This document shows positions 1-8,977 of a stretch of 64,000 bases of DNA, in pieces; positions within the stretch are counted from its first letter, which is position 1, and each line of letters starts with the position of its first letter. Under the pieces are notes generated by a model. That model ran no database searches and was not told the DNA's origin. It saw nothing but the letters and a program-made list of their open reading frames with translations. A program made the position numbers and the translations under genes. The DNA is from Oscillospiraceae bacterium (GTDB lineage: Bacteria; Bacillota; Clostridia; Oscillospirales; Oscillospiraceae): contig JAGPMA010000001.1 in the NCBI GenBank assembly GCA_018053145.1, positions 28,482 to 92,481 on the forward strand, given 5' to 3'.

Positions 1-2471
1 AGCTTGAACTGGCACTCACGACACGCGACAGGAATGTCGAAAACCCCGAGGAGCGTACTCCAATGTGCGGTGTGCCGTATCACAGCTGCGAGGCGTATAT
101 CGCCCGCCTTATCGCAAAGGGCTACAAGGTGGCAATTTGTGAGCAGACGGAGGACCCCGCGCTTGCAAAGGGCCTTGTCAGCCGCGACGTTATAAGAATT
201 ATCACCCCCGGCACAGTGACCGAAAGCTCAATGCTGGAGGAAGGACGTTCGAACTATGTCTGCTCGGTGTTTCTTGACAATACGGCAGGCGCGGTTGCCT
301 TCTGCGATGTTTCTACCGGCGAATTTTGCGTTGCGGGCTTCGACGCTGCCCCGGTTACACACATACAAAACGAGCTTGCTCGCTTTTTACCGCGTGAGGC
401 GGTTATGAGCGCAGGCGCTCTTGAAAACAAGGAGCTGCGCTCGTTCCTTTCCAAAAAGCTCGATTGTCTTATCGAGGAAGGGGAAGACCGCTTTGATTAC
501 CTGATGGGTGCGGCGAGAGCCTGCGCGCAGTTCAAGGTGCGTGATATTGACGCGCTTGGACTGACAAACGACAACGCCTCCGTTTGCGCGGCGGGAGGAC
601 TACTCAGCTATATTATCGAAACACAAAAGTTCGACTTGAGCCATATAAATACACTGGACGTTTTCACTCAAGGCCGCTTCATGGAGCTTGACTACACAAC
701 GCGACGAAACCTTGAGCTAACCGAAAATCTTCGTTCAGGTGAGAAAAAGGGCAGCCTTCTGTGGGTGTTGGACAAGACAAAAACCCCGATGGGCGGAAGG
801 CTTTTGAGAGCATGGACGGAGCGCCCGCTGCTTTCGCCTGTGGCAATCAAGCGGCGCTTAACCGCCGTTCAGGAGCTTTTTAACGACAACGTTGCAAGAG
901 GCGAAATTATTGAGATTCTGCGCAATATCGGCGATATACAGCGACTTGTCGGCAGAACGGTTTACGGAACGGCAAACGGTCGTGATTTGCTTGCACTCGG
1001 AAATTATTGCGCCGCGCTGCCAGAGCTTACAAAACAGCTCGAGGGAAAAACCAGCCATATGCTTCGCGCAATTGCCGAAACTGACACCTTATCACACATA
1101 CCGGCGCTTATAATGCGTGCTATCTGTGAGGAGCCGCCTTTTTCCGTTCGAGAGGGCGGAATACTCCGTGAGGGCTTCAGCGAGGAGGTCGACAGCCTTC
1201 GCAACATCCGTGACAACGGCGCACAGATGGTTTCTGCGCTTGAAACACGCGAGCGCGAGCAGACGGGAATTAAAAAGCTCAAAGTCGGCTACAACAGAGT
1301 GTTCGGCTATTATATCGAGATTCCCCGTGCGTTTTCCGATAATGTGCCGGAGGAGTACATAAGGAAACAAACGCTTTCGACCTGTGAACGCTTTTTTACC
1401 CAGGAGCTCAAAGAGCTGGAAACAACTCTTATCACGGCGCGCGACAGACTTGCCGACATTGAGTTTAGATTTTTTGAAGAGGTTCGGCTAAGGATTGCCT
1501 CCGAAGTGTGCGGAATTCAGGCGATTGCGGATGCCATTGCGGAGCTTGACGCTCTTAGCTCCCTTGCAGAGGTTGCCGTTCGAAACGGCTATTCAATGCC
1601 GGAGATTGACAATTCGGGAGCGCTTTCCGTGACGTCGGGAAGGCATCCCGTTGTTGAGCAGACCCAGCGCGAGGTGCTTTTTGTGCCGAACGACACCTTG
1701 ATGAACAATTCCGAGGAGCGCGTCGCAATTATAACGGGCCCGAATATGGCTGGAAAATCGACCTATATGCGCCAAACCGCGCTGATTGTACTCATGGCTC
1801 AGATGGGCAGCTTTGTGCCGGCAAAAAGTGCCGTAATCGGCATTGTGGACAGAGTTTTTACCCGCATCGGCGCGTCGGACGACTTGGCAGGCGGACGAAG
1901 CACCTTTATGGTCGAGATGATAGAAGTGGCTGATATTTTGAAATACGCTACGGGCTCGAGCTTACTCATTTTGGACGAAATCGGCAGGGGAACCTCGACC
2001 TATGACGGAATGGCGATAGCCAGAGCCGTGCTCGAATTCTGTGCCGACAAGAAAAAGCTTGGTGCAAAAACAATGTTTGCAACACACTACCATGAGCTTT
2101 CGGCACTTGAGGGAGCGCTTGAGGGCGTGAAAAATTACAGCATAAGCGCGAAAAAGCGCGGCAACGACCTGATTTTCTTGCGCAAAATCGTCCGCGGTGC
2201 AGCGGACGACAGCTACGGCATTGAGGTGGCGAAGCTTGCCGGAGTTCCCGACTCGGTGATTTCAAGAGCAAAATTTTGCCTTGCAGAGCTTGAGAGCGGC
2301 TCTCGTGAAGCTGCTGTTGTTAAGCCGGAGCGCACCGAGTCGCAGATAAGCTTTTCGGATTTTGGGTCAAATGAGATAATCCAAAAATTAAAGGATACGA
2401 GTTTGGACACTTTGACGCCAATCGAGGCGATGAACCTGCTGTATGAGCTGAAAAAGAAGGTGGACGCCTGA
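1..2471 (+). CDS. mutS: DNA mismatch repair protein MutS, 5' end cut by window edge
   Basis: Frame-3 ORF is open to position 3. It has PMCGVPYH and ICEQTEDP N-terminal motifs, Walker A GPNMAGKST, STFMVEM and DEIGRGTSTYDG, all typical of MutS. Confidence 0.96.
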   Translation, partial: LELALTTRDRNVENPEERTPMCGVPYHSCEAYIARLIAKGYKVAICEQTEDPALAKGLVSRDVIRIITPGTVTESSMLEEGRSNYVCSVFLDNTAGAVAFCDVSTGEFCVAGFDAAPVTHIQNELARFLPREAVMSAGALENKELRSFLSKKLDCLIEEGEDRFDYLMGAARACAQFKVRDIDALGLTNDNASVCAAGGLLSYIIETQKFDLSHINTLDVFTQGRFMELDYTTRRNLELTENLRSGEKKGSLLWVLDKTKTPMGGRLLRAWTERPLLSPVAIKRRLTAVQELFNDNVARGEIIEILRNIGDIQRLVGRTVYGTANGRDLLALGNYCAALPELTKQLEGKTSHMLRAIAETDTLSHIPALIMRAICEEPPFSVREGGILREGFSEEVDSLRNIRDNGAQMVSALETREREQTGIKKLKVGYNRVFGYYIEIPRAFSDNVPEEYIRKQTLSTCERFFTQELKELETTLITARDRLADIEFRFFEEVRLRIASEVCGIQAIADAIAELDALSSLAEVAVRNGYSMPEIDNSGALSVTSGRHPVVEQTQREVLFVPNDTLMNNSEERVAIITGPNMAGKSTYMRQTALIVLMAQMGSFVPAKSAVIGIVDRVFTRIGASDDLAGGRSTFMVEMIEVADILKYATGSSLLILDEIGRGTSTYDGMAIARAVLEFCADKKKLGAKTMFATHYHELSALEGALEGVKNYSISAKKRGNDLIFLRKIVRGAADDSYGIEVAKLAGVPDSVISRAKFCLAELESGSREAAVVKPERTESQISFSDFGSNEIIQKLKDTSLDTLTPIEAMNLLYELKKKVDA

Positions 2472-3169
2472 TGAAAATTGTAATTACCGGTTTTTTAAAC
2501 ACCATGAGCAAACCGCAGCGGATAGCGGGCTTGATTTATCTGCCTTTTCACATAATAATTCTGCCGCTATTCATCAATATGCTTGCGGAATATCTGCCCG
2601 GCGGACTTAGCGATACCGCCGCGAATGCCGTTTATTATGGGTTGGGCTTCGCCTTTTGCTTAATTTGCATGTGGAAATATCTACGCACCGCTTTTGATTT
2701 TTTGCTCGATAACGTGGCTACGAATATTACCGCAATGCTTTTTGGTGGCGTGTCATATTTACTCCTTAGCTATCTGGCAAGCGGTGTCCTTTTCGCAATT
2801 TTGGGGGATGAGCAAGTTGCTTCAAATAACGAGCTTATATCAAGTCTTGCGGACGAAAGCTCGCGCGCGATTGTAGCGCTCACAGTTTTTGTCGCACCGA
2901 TAGTCGAGGAGGTCTTGTTTCGGGGAGTGGTTTTCGGAACTCTTGCCCCCAAACATCGAAGGCTGGCATTTGTCTCTTCAATCGCTTTGTTTGCTTTTTA
3001 TAATGTTTGGCAGCTTGCGCTTTCGACAATGGACTTGAAAATGTTCTTATACATGGTTTTATCGATTCCGATGGGCTATGCCTTGGCTTGGGTCTATGAG
3101 AAAACGAACTGTTTGTGGGTACCGATATTTCTGCATATGCTGATTAACATTCTTACCGTGGGTGTTTAA
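2471..3169 (+). CDS. CPBP family intramembrane metalloprotease (CAAX protease-like)
   Basis: Multiple hydrophobic helices, the EEVLFRG motif, and a C-terminal His-containing helix (IFLHMLIN). A GAAGGTGGA RBS precedes it. The ATG overlaps the mutS stop (TGATG). Confidence 0.85.
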   Translation: MKIVITGFLNTMSKPQRIAGLIYLPFHIIILPLFINMLAEYLPGGLSDTAANAVYYGLGFAFCLICMWKYLRTAFDFLLDNVATNITAMLFGGVSYLLLSYLASGVLFAILGDEQVASNNELISSLADESSRAIVALTVFVAPIVEEVLFRGVVFGTLAPKHRRLAFVSSIALFAFYNVWQLALSTMDLKMFLYMVLSIPMGYALAWVYEKTNCLWVPIFLHMLINILTVGV

Positions 3170-3299
3170 AAAAGTGGCATATAACTGGAATAATATAGCA
3201 TAATCGACAAAATTAGTGGAGTTTTGCAACAAAATGTGGTATCATACCAATGAATACGTGGCAACGATTTTTTATCGTACACATTTGGAGATATAACAA

Positions 3300-4424
3300 A
3301 TGCTACTAAATGACCGGATGGCAAAGGAAATACGCGCGCATATAACCGAAATTAAATACTACAACCATTACGGAAAGCGCGATATGATAATAAAGAACAT
3401 GGTCGCAATTAAGGTTATCAGTGTTTGCTCTATGTTTTTAACCCTTGCTTTTTTTGCGGCATCGTGGCTGTCCTTAAAATGGGAGATTACTTGGCATTTC
3501 CTGCTGCTGTTCGTGCTGTTTTCATCGGCTGCCGGTTTCTCGGTTTTTGCGGATAAGAGTATAAAAAAGGCGTTTTTTTCGTCCCCGATACTGGGTTCTT
3601 TGTTTCACATTATACTTGCCATATTGCTCGTGATTCTTGGCGTTTTCTATAACCCGGAACAACCTTCAAGCCTTTTAAATGTGTTTTTAATCGTTCTTCC
3701 GATTTTTTTTACTGCCCAGACATGGATTGTTGAAACAATCACCATTACTGCGGGGACCTCGTTTTGCATACTGGCGTCTGCATATAAAGGAGCGGACATT
3801 GTCTCGTGCGATATTTTTTCCACCGTCCTGAGCATGGCACTGTCAAGCATAGTGTTGGCCTATTTTGCCAGACTTCGAGCTGAAAGCTACTTGGCAAAGG
3901 AAAAGTATAAAAAACAAAGCCGTACCGACCTTTTAACGGGGCTGCTCAACAAACGGAGCTTTGAGCTGTGGTGCCAAAAGCTTCTGGAAGAGAGGGACGT
4001 TTCCGAACCCTGCGCTCTTGCAATTTTCGACCTCGACAATTTTAAGCAGATAAACGACACATATGGGCATATAATCGGGGATAAGGTGCTTGAAATAGTC
4101 GGGCAAACGCTTTCAGAGAATTTTCGAGCCGATGGCCTCGTCGGGCGCATAGGCGGAGATGAATTCAGTGCGTTCGCTTGTACGAGGGAAGGCTGCGAGC
4201 TTTTTGATAAAAAAGCGGAAAGCGTGATTTCCGAGGTTAATGAACGCTCTTTTAAACTGTTGAAAATCGAGGCAACAATGAGTGTGGGAACTGCTAAGGT
4301 ACAATTCGGGAGTGTTTCATATTTGAAAATGTTCTTAAATGCCGACCAGGTGATGTATGATTCAAAGCGTTCCTTTCAGGAGGAGCGGCAAACCCTTGAT
4401 GAGCGGCAAGCCGTGTCCGTGTAA
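3300..4424 (+). CDS. Membrane-anchored diguanylate cyclase (GGDEF domain)
   Basis: The N-terminal roughly 200 aa are hydrophobic, with several TM helices. The C-terminal part has DLDNFKQINDTYGH and RIGGDEF motifs. Confidence 0.9.
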   Translation: MLLNDRMAKEIRAHITEIKYYNHYGKRDMIIKNMVAIKVISVCSMFLTLAFFAASWLSLKWEITWHFLLLFVLFSSAAGFSVFADKSIKKAFFSSPILGSLFHIILAILLVILGVFYNPEQPSSLLNVFLIVLPIFFTAQTWIVETITITAGTSFCILASAYKGADIVSCDIFSTVLSMALSSIVLAYFARLRAESYLAKEKYKKQSRTDLLTGLLNKRSFELWCQKLLEERDVSEPCALAIFDLDNFKQINDTYGHIIGDKVLEIVGQTLSENFRADGLVGRIGGDEFSAFACTREGCELFDKKAESVISEVNERSFKLLKIEATMSVGTAKVQFGSVSYLKMFLNADQVMYDSKRSFQEERQTLDERQAVSV

Positions 4425-4433
4425 ATATAAAAC

Positions 4434-4473
4434 AAAAAAACCCGGAAGCACAAAGCTGCGCTTTCGGGTTTTA
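4434..4473. terminator. Bidirectional intrinsic terminator between the GGDEF gene and proS
   Basis: A 9 bp stem (CCCGGAAGC / GCTTTCGGG, one G-U pair) is flanked by an A-run on the 5' side and a T-run on the 3' side. Confidence 0.75.
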
Positions 4474-4482
4474 TTATTTGAT

Positions 4483-5919
4483 TTAGTAGGCAACGCCCCA
4501 GATAATGGTTTTGTGAGCGGGCTTTCCGCAAACGGGGCAGGTTTCGCCAAGATTTTCCTGCGCCAGAGGCAGACAGCGGCTTGTGACACCGGCCTTTTCT
4601 TTCATTGCAAGCTCGCACTCAAGGTCGCCGCACCACATTGTTTTAACAAAGCCGCCTTCAGTCTCGACGATTTGCTTGACTTCTTCCAGAGTGTGGGCGG
4701 TAAAGGTGTGCTCATCGAGATTTTTCTTTGCTTTTGCGAAGAGACCTGCTTGAACAGCAGCCAGAAGCTCGGGAATCTTTGCCTCAAGCTCTGTCAGCGA
4801 GACGGTCGTCTTCTCGCCGTTGTCTCGGCGAACGCACACACAATGCCCAGCCTCGATATCCTTTGGTCCGATTTCGACGCGGAGGGGAACGCCCTTCATT
4901 TCATACTCAGCAAACTTCCAGCCGGGAGAGTTGTCGGAATAATCGCCCTTGACGCGAAGTCCGGCTGCCTTGAGTCTTGAAACAAGCTCCTGCGCTTTGT
5001 CGATTACGCCCTCCTTGTGCTGAGCGATGGGGAGGACAACAACTTGGATGGGTGCAATTTTCGGGGGCAAAACAAGTCCGTTGTTGTCGCCGTGGGTCAT
5101 GATAAGTCCGCCGATTGTGCGGGTGGAAAGTCCCCAAGATGTTTGGTGAGGAGTTGTAAGCTTGTTTTCCTTGTCCGTAAACGCAATATCGAAGGCCGTT
5201 GCAAAGCCGGTGCCGAAGTAGTGGCTGGTGCCGCTTTGAAGAGCCTTGTGGTCGTGCATCATGCACTCAATTGTGTAAGTTCGCTCTGCTCCGGCAAATT
5301 TTTCCTTGTCGGTTTTGCAGCCTCTTACAACGGGCATTGCAAGGACGTTTTCACAAAGGTCTGCATAGGTTTCGAGCTGCTGCTCGGTTTCCTTAATCGC
5401 CTCCTCGGCGGTTGCATGAAGGGTATGACCCTCCTGCCAAAGAAATTCGCGGTGACGCAGGAAGGGACGAGTGGTCTTTTCCCAGCGGAGAACGCTGCAC
5501 CACTGGTTATAAAGCAGCGGCAGGTCGCGCCATGAGTGAACTATATTGTGCCAATGGTCGCAGAAAAGTGTTTCGGAGGTGGGACGAATGCAGAGCTTTT
5601 CTTCAAGCTCTTCGCTGCCGCCGAGCGTTACCCATGCACATTCGGGAGCAAAGCCGACAACATGGTCTTTTTCCTTCTGCAAAAGGGATTCCGGTATCAG
5701 CATGGGCATATAGAGGTTTTCGTGACCTGTTTCTTTAAAACGGCGGTCAAGCTCCGACTGGATGTTTTCCCAGATGGCATAACCATAGGGGCGAAGGATA
5801 AACATGCCCTTTACGCTGGAGTATTCGATGAGCTCGGCTTTTTTGCACACATCGGTGTACCATTTTGTAAAGTCGACCTCCATGTCGGTTATTTGTTCAA
5901 CTTTTTTGTCTGCTGCCAT
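4483..5919 (-). CDS. proS: Proline--tRNA ligase, short archaeal/eukaryote-like type without an insertion editing domain
   Basis: 478 aa. Recognisable ProRS sequence ([24 protein letters not shown]) with a C-terminal zinc-type CPVCG region. Confidence 0.93.
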   Translation of the reverse strand: MAADKKVEQITDMEVDFTKWYTDVCKKAELIEYSSVKGMFILRPYGYAIWENIQSELDRRFKETGHENLYMPMLIPESLLQKEKDHVVGFAPECAWVTLGGSEELEEKLCIRPTSETLFCDHWHNIVHSWRDLPLLYNQWCSVLRWEKTTRPFLRHREFLWQEGHTLHATAEEAIKETEQQLETYADLCENVLAMPVVRGCKTDKEKFAGAERTYTIECMMHDHKALQSGTSHYFGTGFATAFDIAFTDKENKLTTPHQTSWGLSTRTIGGLIMTHGDNNGLVLPPKIAPIQVVVLPIAQHKEGVIDKAQELVSRLKAAGLRVKGDYSDNSPGWKFAEYEMKGVPLRVEIGPKDIEAGHCVCVRRDNGEKTTVSLTELEAKIPELLAAVQAGLFAKAKKNLDEHTFTAHTLEEVKQIVETEGGFVKTMWCGDLECELAMKEKAGVTSRCLPLAQENLGETCPVCGKPAHKTIIWGVAY

Positions 5920-6017
5920 GATATATAATCAATCCTTTCGAATTTGGTGGTCAGGATGTTGGAAAACTATGCGTGAATTGACGTGAAAAAAGAGATGGCC
6001 CCTTGCGTCATCTCGTA

Positions 6018-6046
6018 ATTCTATAAAATAAACACCTTGTTGTCAA
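6018..6046 (-). promoter_or_regulatory. Putative sigma-A type promoter of proS
   Basis: On the minus strand: TTGACA, 17 nt spacer, TAGAAT. Confidence 0.5.
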
Positions 6047-6103
6047 GAACAATAGAGGAATTGACGCCGTATTATGTAGTGACTTTCATATTAACGGAGG
6101 CTG

Positions 6104-6415
6104 GTGCCGGTGAGCGCTTTTGCAAAGTTTTATTTTCGGCCCTCAAAGGGTGAAAAAATACACACGGTGGTTACACCGAAGGAAGACGAAAGCAGCGGGA
6201 TTTGCGGTAAGGTTACAGATGGAGACAGGGCGTTAAAGGCGGCGCTTGTCATGCTTTTTGAAACAAACGGACAGGAAACGGGAAAACTTCTCTCGTCGGT
6301 TGTTACCGATGAGGACGGGGAGTTCGCCTTTGGCCCGCTTTCTTCCGGTGAGCTTTACCTCATCAAGGTGTATAAGGACAGCTTGAAGCTGCGCGAGTTG
6401 GAGATAACGGTTTAA
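6104..6415 (+). CDS. Hypothetical small protein, possible carboxypeptidase-regulatory-like (prealbumin-like) beta-sandwich
   Basis: GGAGG RBS sits upstream of GTG 6104 (alternative GTG at 6110). The pattern GKVTDGD...VVTDEDGEFAFGPL..G.Y resembles CarboxypepD_reg-type domains. No signal peptide. A strong terminator follows. Confidence 0.55.
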   Translation: MPVSAFAKFYFRPSKGEKIHTVVTPKEDESSGICGKVTDGDRALKAALVMLFETNGQETGKLLSSVVTDEDGEFAFGPLSSGELYLIKVYKDSLKLRELEITV

Positions 6416-6430
6416 TGTAATACTGTGTTA

Positions 6431-6470
6431 AAAAGGGGCAAACCGAAAAGTCGGTTTGCCCCTTTGGCTT
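6431..6470. terminator. Bidirectional intrinsic terminator
   Basis: A 13 bp perfect stem (AGGGGCAAACCGA / TCGGTTTGCCCCT) with a 4 nt loop. A-run before, T-rich after. It lies between convergent genes. Confidence 0.85.
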
Positions 6471-7478
6471 TTATTTGAGTCCGCGCTCGCGCTTTATTGC
6501 CCGAATGTCTTTGCCGGCAAAGTTCAGGGTGAGATATTCGCCCTCAAGCCGTGAAACTATCTGTGGAGTATAACGCTTGCGCATTTCCTCTTCACTTAGA
6601 TTGGTGGAAACAATGGTTTTGCCGCCGTTAATTAGGCGCCCGTTAATAAGTGTGTAGAGCGCGCTTTGAGTAAAGCTCGTGGTCATCTCCGTGCCGAGGT
6701 CGTCCAAAATCAGCAGGTCGCAGTCCATATAGCGGCGCACGCGAGAGGAAACCTCTTCGGCGTTGTCGCCGCCTCGGTCGAATTTTTGAAGCTCGAAGGT
6801 CTCCATAACCGAAACGGCAGTGTCGTAAACCACGGAAAAGCCTTTTTCTGAAACAAGCTTCGCAATAGAGGCGGACAAGAAGGTTTTGCCAAGCCCTGTG
6901 CCGCCGCGGAAAAGAAGATTGGCGGATGAAGCTTTGAATTCCATGGCGTAGTCGCGACATAGATTTAGAATGTTGCTCATTGTTTGATAAGGAGACTTTT
7001 CGCCGTTGTAATCTGACGTTTTATCGTAAAAGCTTAAATCGAAATTATCAAAGCATTGACCATCGATGTTTAGCATTTGGCTAAGCTCAATGGTTGCCTG
7101 CGCCTGATAAAGTGCCTTCAGACAGGTGCAGGGCTTACCCAAAACATAACCCGTGTCGCCGCAGCGTGGACAGTCGTAAATTTCGTCTATGTAGTTTGCA
7201 GGGTATCCGGCGGACACGAGAAGCTCCGCACGCTGTTTTAAAAGGGCTTCGCATTTTCCTTTTAGAGCTTCGACGGCCACTCCCGCATTTGCGCCCTTTT
7301 TTAGCGCTTCGGCGACAACACCGGACATAAGCCGCGTTATCTCCGCTTCAATGTCTTTTACAGCGGGAATGAGGGCATAGACCGCATCTCTTCTTCGGCT
7401 TTGCTCGAATTCGTTATTTTTTTTTCGCTCGGCGATTATATCCCTGACTCGCGCCAGAATTTTGCCGTCGTATGCCAT
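6471..7478 (-). CDS. dnaI: DnaC/DnaI-like AAA+ helicase loader
   Basis: Walker A GGTGLGKTFL, Walker B LLILDDLG, and an N-terminal CPRCGDTGY...CTC zinc-ribbon. It lies 16 nt downstream of the DnaD-domain gene. Confidence 0.85.
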   Translation of the reverse strand: MAYDGKILARVRDIIAERKKNNEFEQSRRRDAVYALIPAVKDIEAEITRLMSGVVAEALKKGANAGVAVEALKGKCEALLKQRAELLVSAGYPANYIDEIYDCPRCGDTGYVLGKPCTCLKALYQAQATIELSQMLNIDGQCFDNFDLSFYDKTSDYNGEKSPYQTMSNILNLCRDYAMEFKASSANLLFRGGTGLGKTFLSASIAKLVSEKGFSVVYDTAVSVMETFELQKFDRGGDNAEEVSSRVRRYMDCDLLILDDLGTEMTTSFTQSALYTLINGRLINGGKTIVSTNLSEEEMRKRYTPQIVSRLEGEYLTLNFAGKDIRAIKRERGLK

Positions 7479-7494
7479 ATCTTCACCTCAAAAA

Positions 7495-8454
7495 TCAGCC
7501 GTTTTTGGACTGGCTGAGCAGTTTTCGTAACAGTTCTGTATCATCCCTTGGTTTTACGCTTGAAGATGGTGACCTTTTATCTGGAACAAGAGGTCCAACT
7601 GGCTTGGTGTGCCTGTCTCCGCTGTTAACCTCGGCCGCTGTGTGGAGGTTCTTGCTGTGCCAGTTAAGTAAAATTGAATCCATGTACTTCCAAGCTAAAT
7701 TTCCGGTTTTGATTACGGTTTTGTCGTAAGCTATGGCGATGGCTTCAAGGTCGAAGCCCATGTCCATCCAACCATCAACATATTTGCGCTCGGTTGAACT
7801 GAAGTTGCGTCCGTTTATCTGGAGAAGACGCTTAATATCAGCCATTTCACCATTGCGCGCCCGTTTTTGCAGTAAAAAGTGCTCGGCACGCTCAAATGTG
7901 AGAATTTCGCGGTTATACCATGCGTAGGCTTCCTTCTCAATGGTGCGCATAGAGGGAAGCTTTCCCTGCCCGAGGTGCTCGCGAGTGTCCTCGACACAGT
8001 GGTTTATTAAAAGAAAAATTACCTCCGTGGGAAGCCGCAGATAATCGTATATTCCAAAAAGTATTTTTAAATCGGCGCCGGTGAGCATATGCCCCATAAT
8101 GCGCTGAGTTTCGTCAACAATCGCTTTGAATTCGCCGTTTTCGCCTGTACGCAAAGCAATATCCTCTGCAGTGTATTCGGGAAGCTCGTCTGCTGTAAGG
8201 GGACGAACAGCGTTGGGTTCGCCCGTTTTAAAAAGACCCATATTGCAGAGCGTATGAACTCCGGTTGCTATCTCGCTTTCGGTACGTTTGAGGGCGGCAG
8301 CAGCGCTTTGCGATGAAAAATCGCCGCCTTGGCGCAACGCATATAGGTAAAGCAACGTTGCAGTTCCGTCGCTCTGGCTCAGGAGCTTGTCTACATCGGA
8401 GCTTGGGATGGCAAGACTTGGCTCGCCTGAAAGTCTGTATTTTTTTTCTTCCAT
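7495..8454 (-). CDS. DnaD-domain replication initiation/restart protein (DnaB/DnaD-like)
   Basis: 319 aa with DnaD-type C-terminal repeats (AWYNREILTFERAE, LLNWHSKNLHT). Operonic with the DnaI-like loader, as in Firmicutes dnaB-dnaI. Confidence 0.8.
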   Translation of the reverse strand: MEEKKYRLSGEPSLAIPSSDVDKLLSQSDGTATLLYLYALRQGGDFSSQSAAAALKRTESEIATGVHTLCNMGLFKTGEPNAVRPLTADELPEYTAEDIALRTGENGEFKAIVDETQRIMGHMLTGADLKILFGIYDYLRLPTEVIFLLINHCVEDTREHLGQGKLPSMRTIEKEAYAWYNREILTFERAEHFLLQKRARNGEMADIKRLLQINGRNFSSTERKYVDGWMDMGFDLEAIAIAYDKTVIKTGNLAWKYMDSILLNWHSKNLHTAAEVNSGDRHTKPVGPLVPDKRSPSSSVKPRDDTELLRKLLSQSKNG

Positions 8455-8653
8455 ATGTTCCTCCGTGCTACAAATTCATGAGAAACACATTATAACATTA
8501 TTTTTAACTTGTAGCAATACATCCATTTATGTTATAATAACTGTAAGCGAATATTATTTTGATTTATCACACGCCTTTTTCAAGCAGGCGCGCCATATAG
8601 TTAAAAACCAATCTCAGCAAGCTGTTACAAATACGAAAGAGGTGAATTCCAAA

Positions 8654-8923
8654 ATGATGAAAGATGTTACTGTCGAAATAGCAGGACGCGATTATCAGCT
8701 CAAGACCGACGAGGACGCGGAATATGTCCGCGAACTTGCAAACTTTGTAACCGTGAAAATTCTCGAAATCAAAAGGGATTCCGGAGCCTCTGCGCTTGAC
8801 TGCGCAACGATGGCCGCCTTAGACATGGCTGACCGTTATCTTAAGGAACTTCAGAAAAAGGAAAAGGCAGCAAAAAAGAAAACGCCCGCTGCGGCAGACA
8901 ATGAGCCCACTACACTTCTATAA
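8654..8923 (+). CDS. zapA: Cell division protein ZapA
   Basis: VEIAGRDYQLKTDEDAEYVRELA matches the ZapA N-terminus. An AGAGGTG RBS precedes ATG 8654. The ORF-track start at 8387 overlaps the divergent gene and is not used. Confidence 0.85.
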   Translation: MMKDVTVEIAGRDYQLKTDEDAEYVRELANFVTVKILEIKRDSGASALDCATMAALDMADRYLKELQKKEKAAKKKTPAAADNEPTTLL

Positions 8924-8977
8924 GGGACGGGGCATACACAGTTTCACTTTCTTTACCTCAACCCGAAAGGCATAAAT

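Noticed and set aside
4357-5535. Plus-strand ORFs (207 aa and 172 aa) overlapping proS
   Set aside because: They are antisense to proS and have Arg/Leu/Cys-rich nonsense-like composition.
5941-5965. TTTGGTGGTCAGG, weakly resembling a T-box core on the plus strand
   Set aside because: Only GGTGGT matches. There are no Stem I elements and no terminator/antiterminator pair, and the downstream gene is not an amino-acid-related gene.
7417-7425. A9/T9 homopolymer inside the dnaI-like coding region as a possible slippage or phase-variation site
   Set aside because: It encodes an ordinary KKN stretch in an essential-type gene. Nothing suggests an alternative frame product, and tracts of this length are common by chance.
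8387-8653. N-terminal extension of zapA suggested by the ORF track
   Set aside because: It overlaps the divergent DnaD gene and AT-rich promoter DNA. ZapA homology and the RBS begin at 8654.
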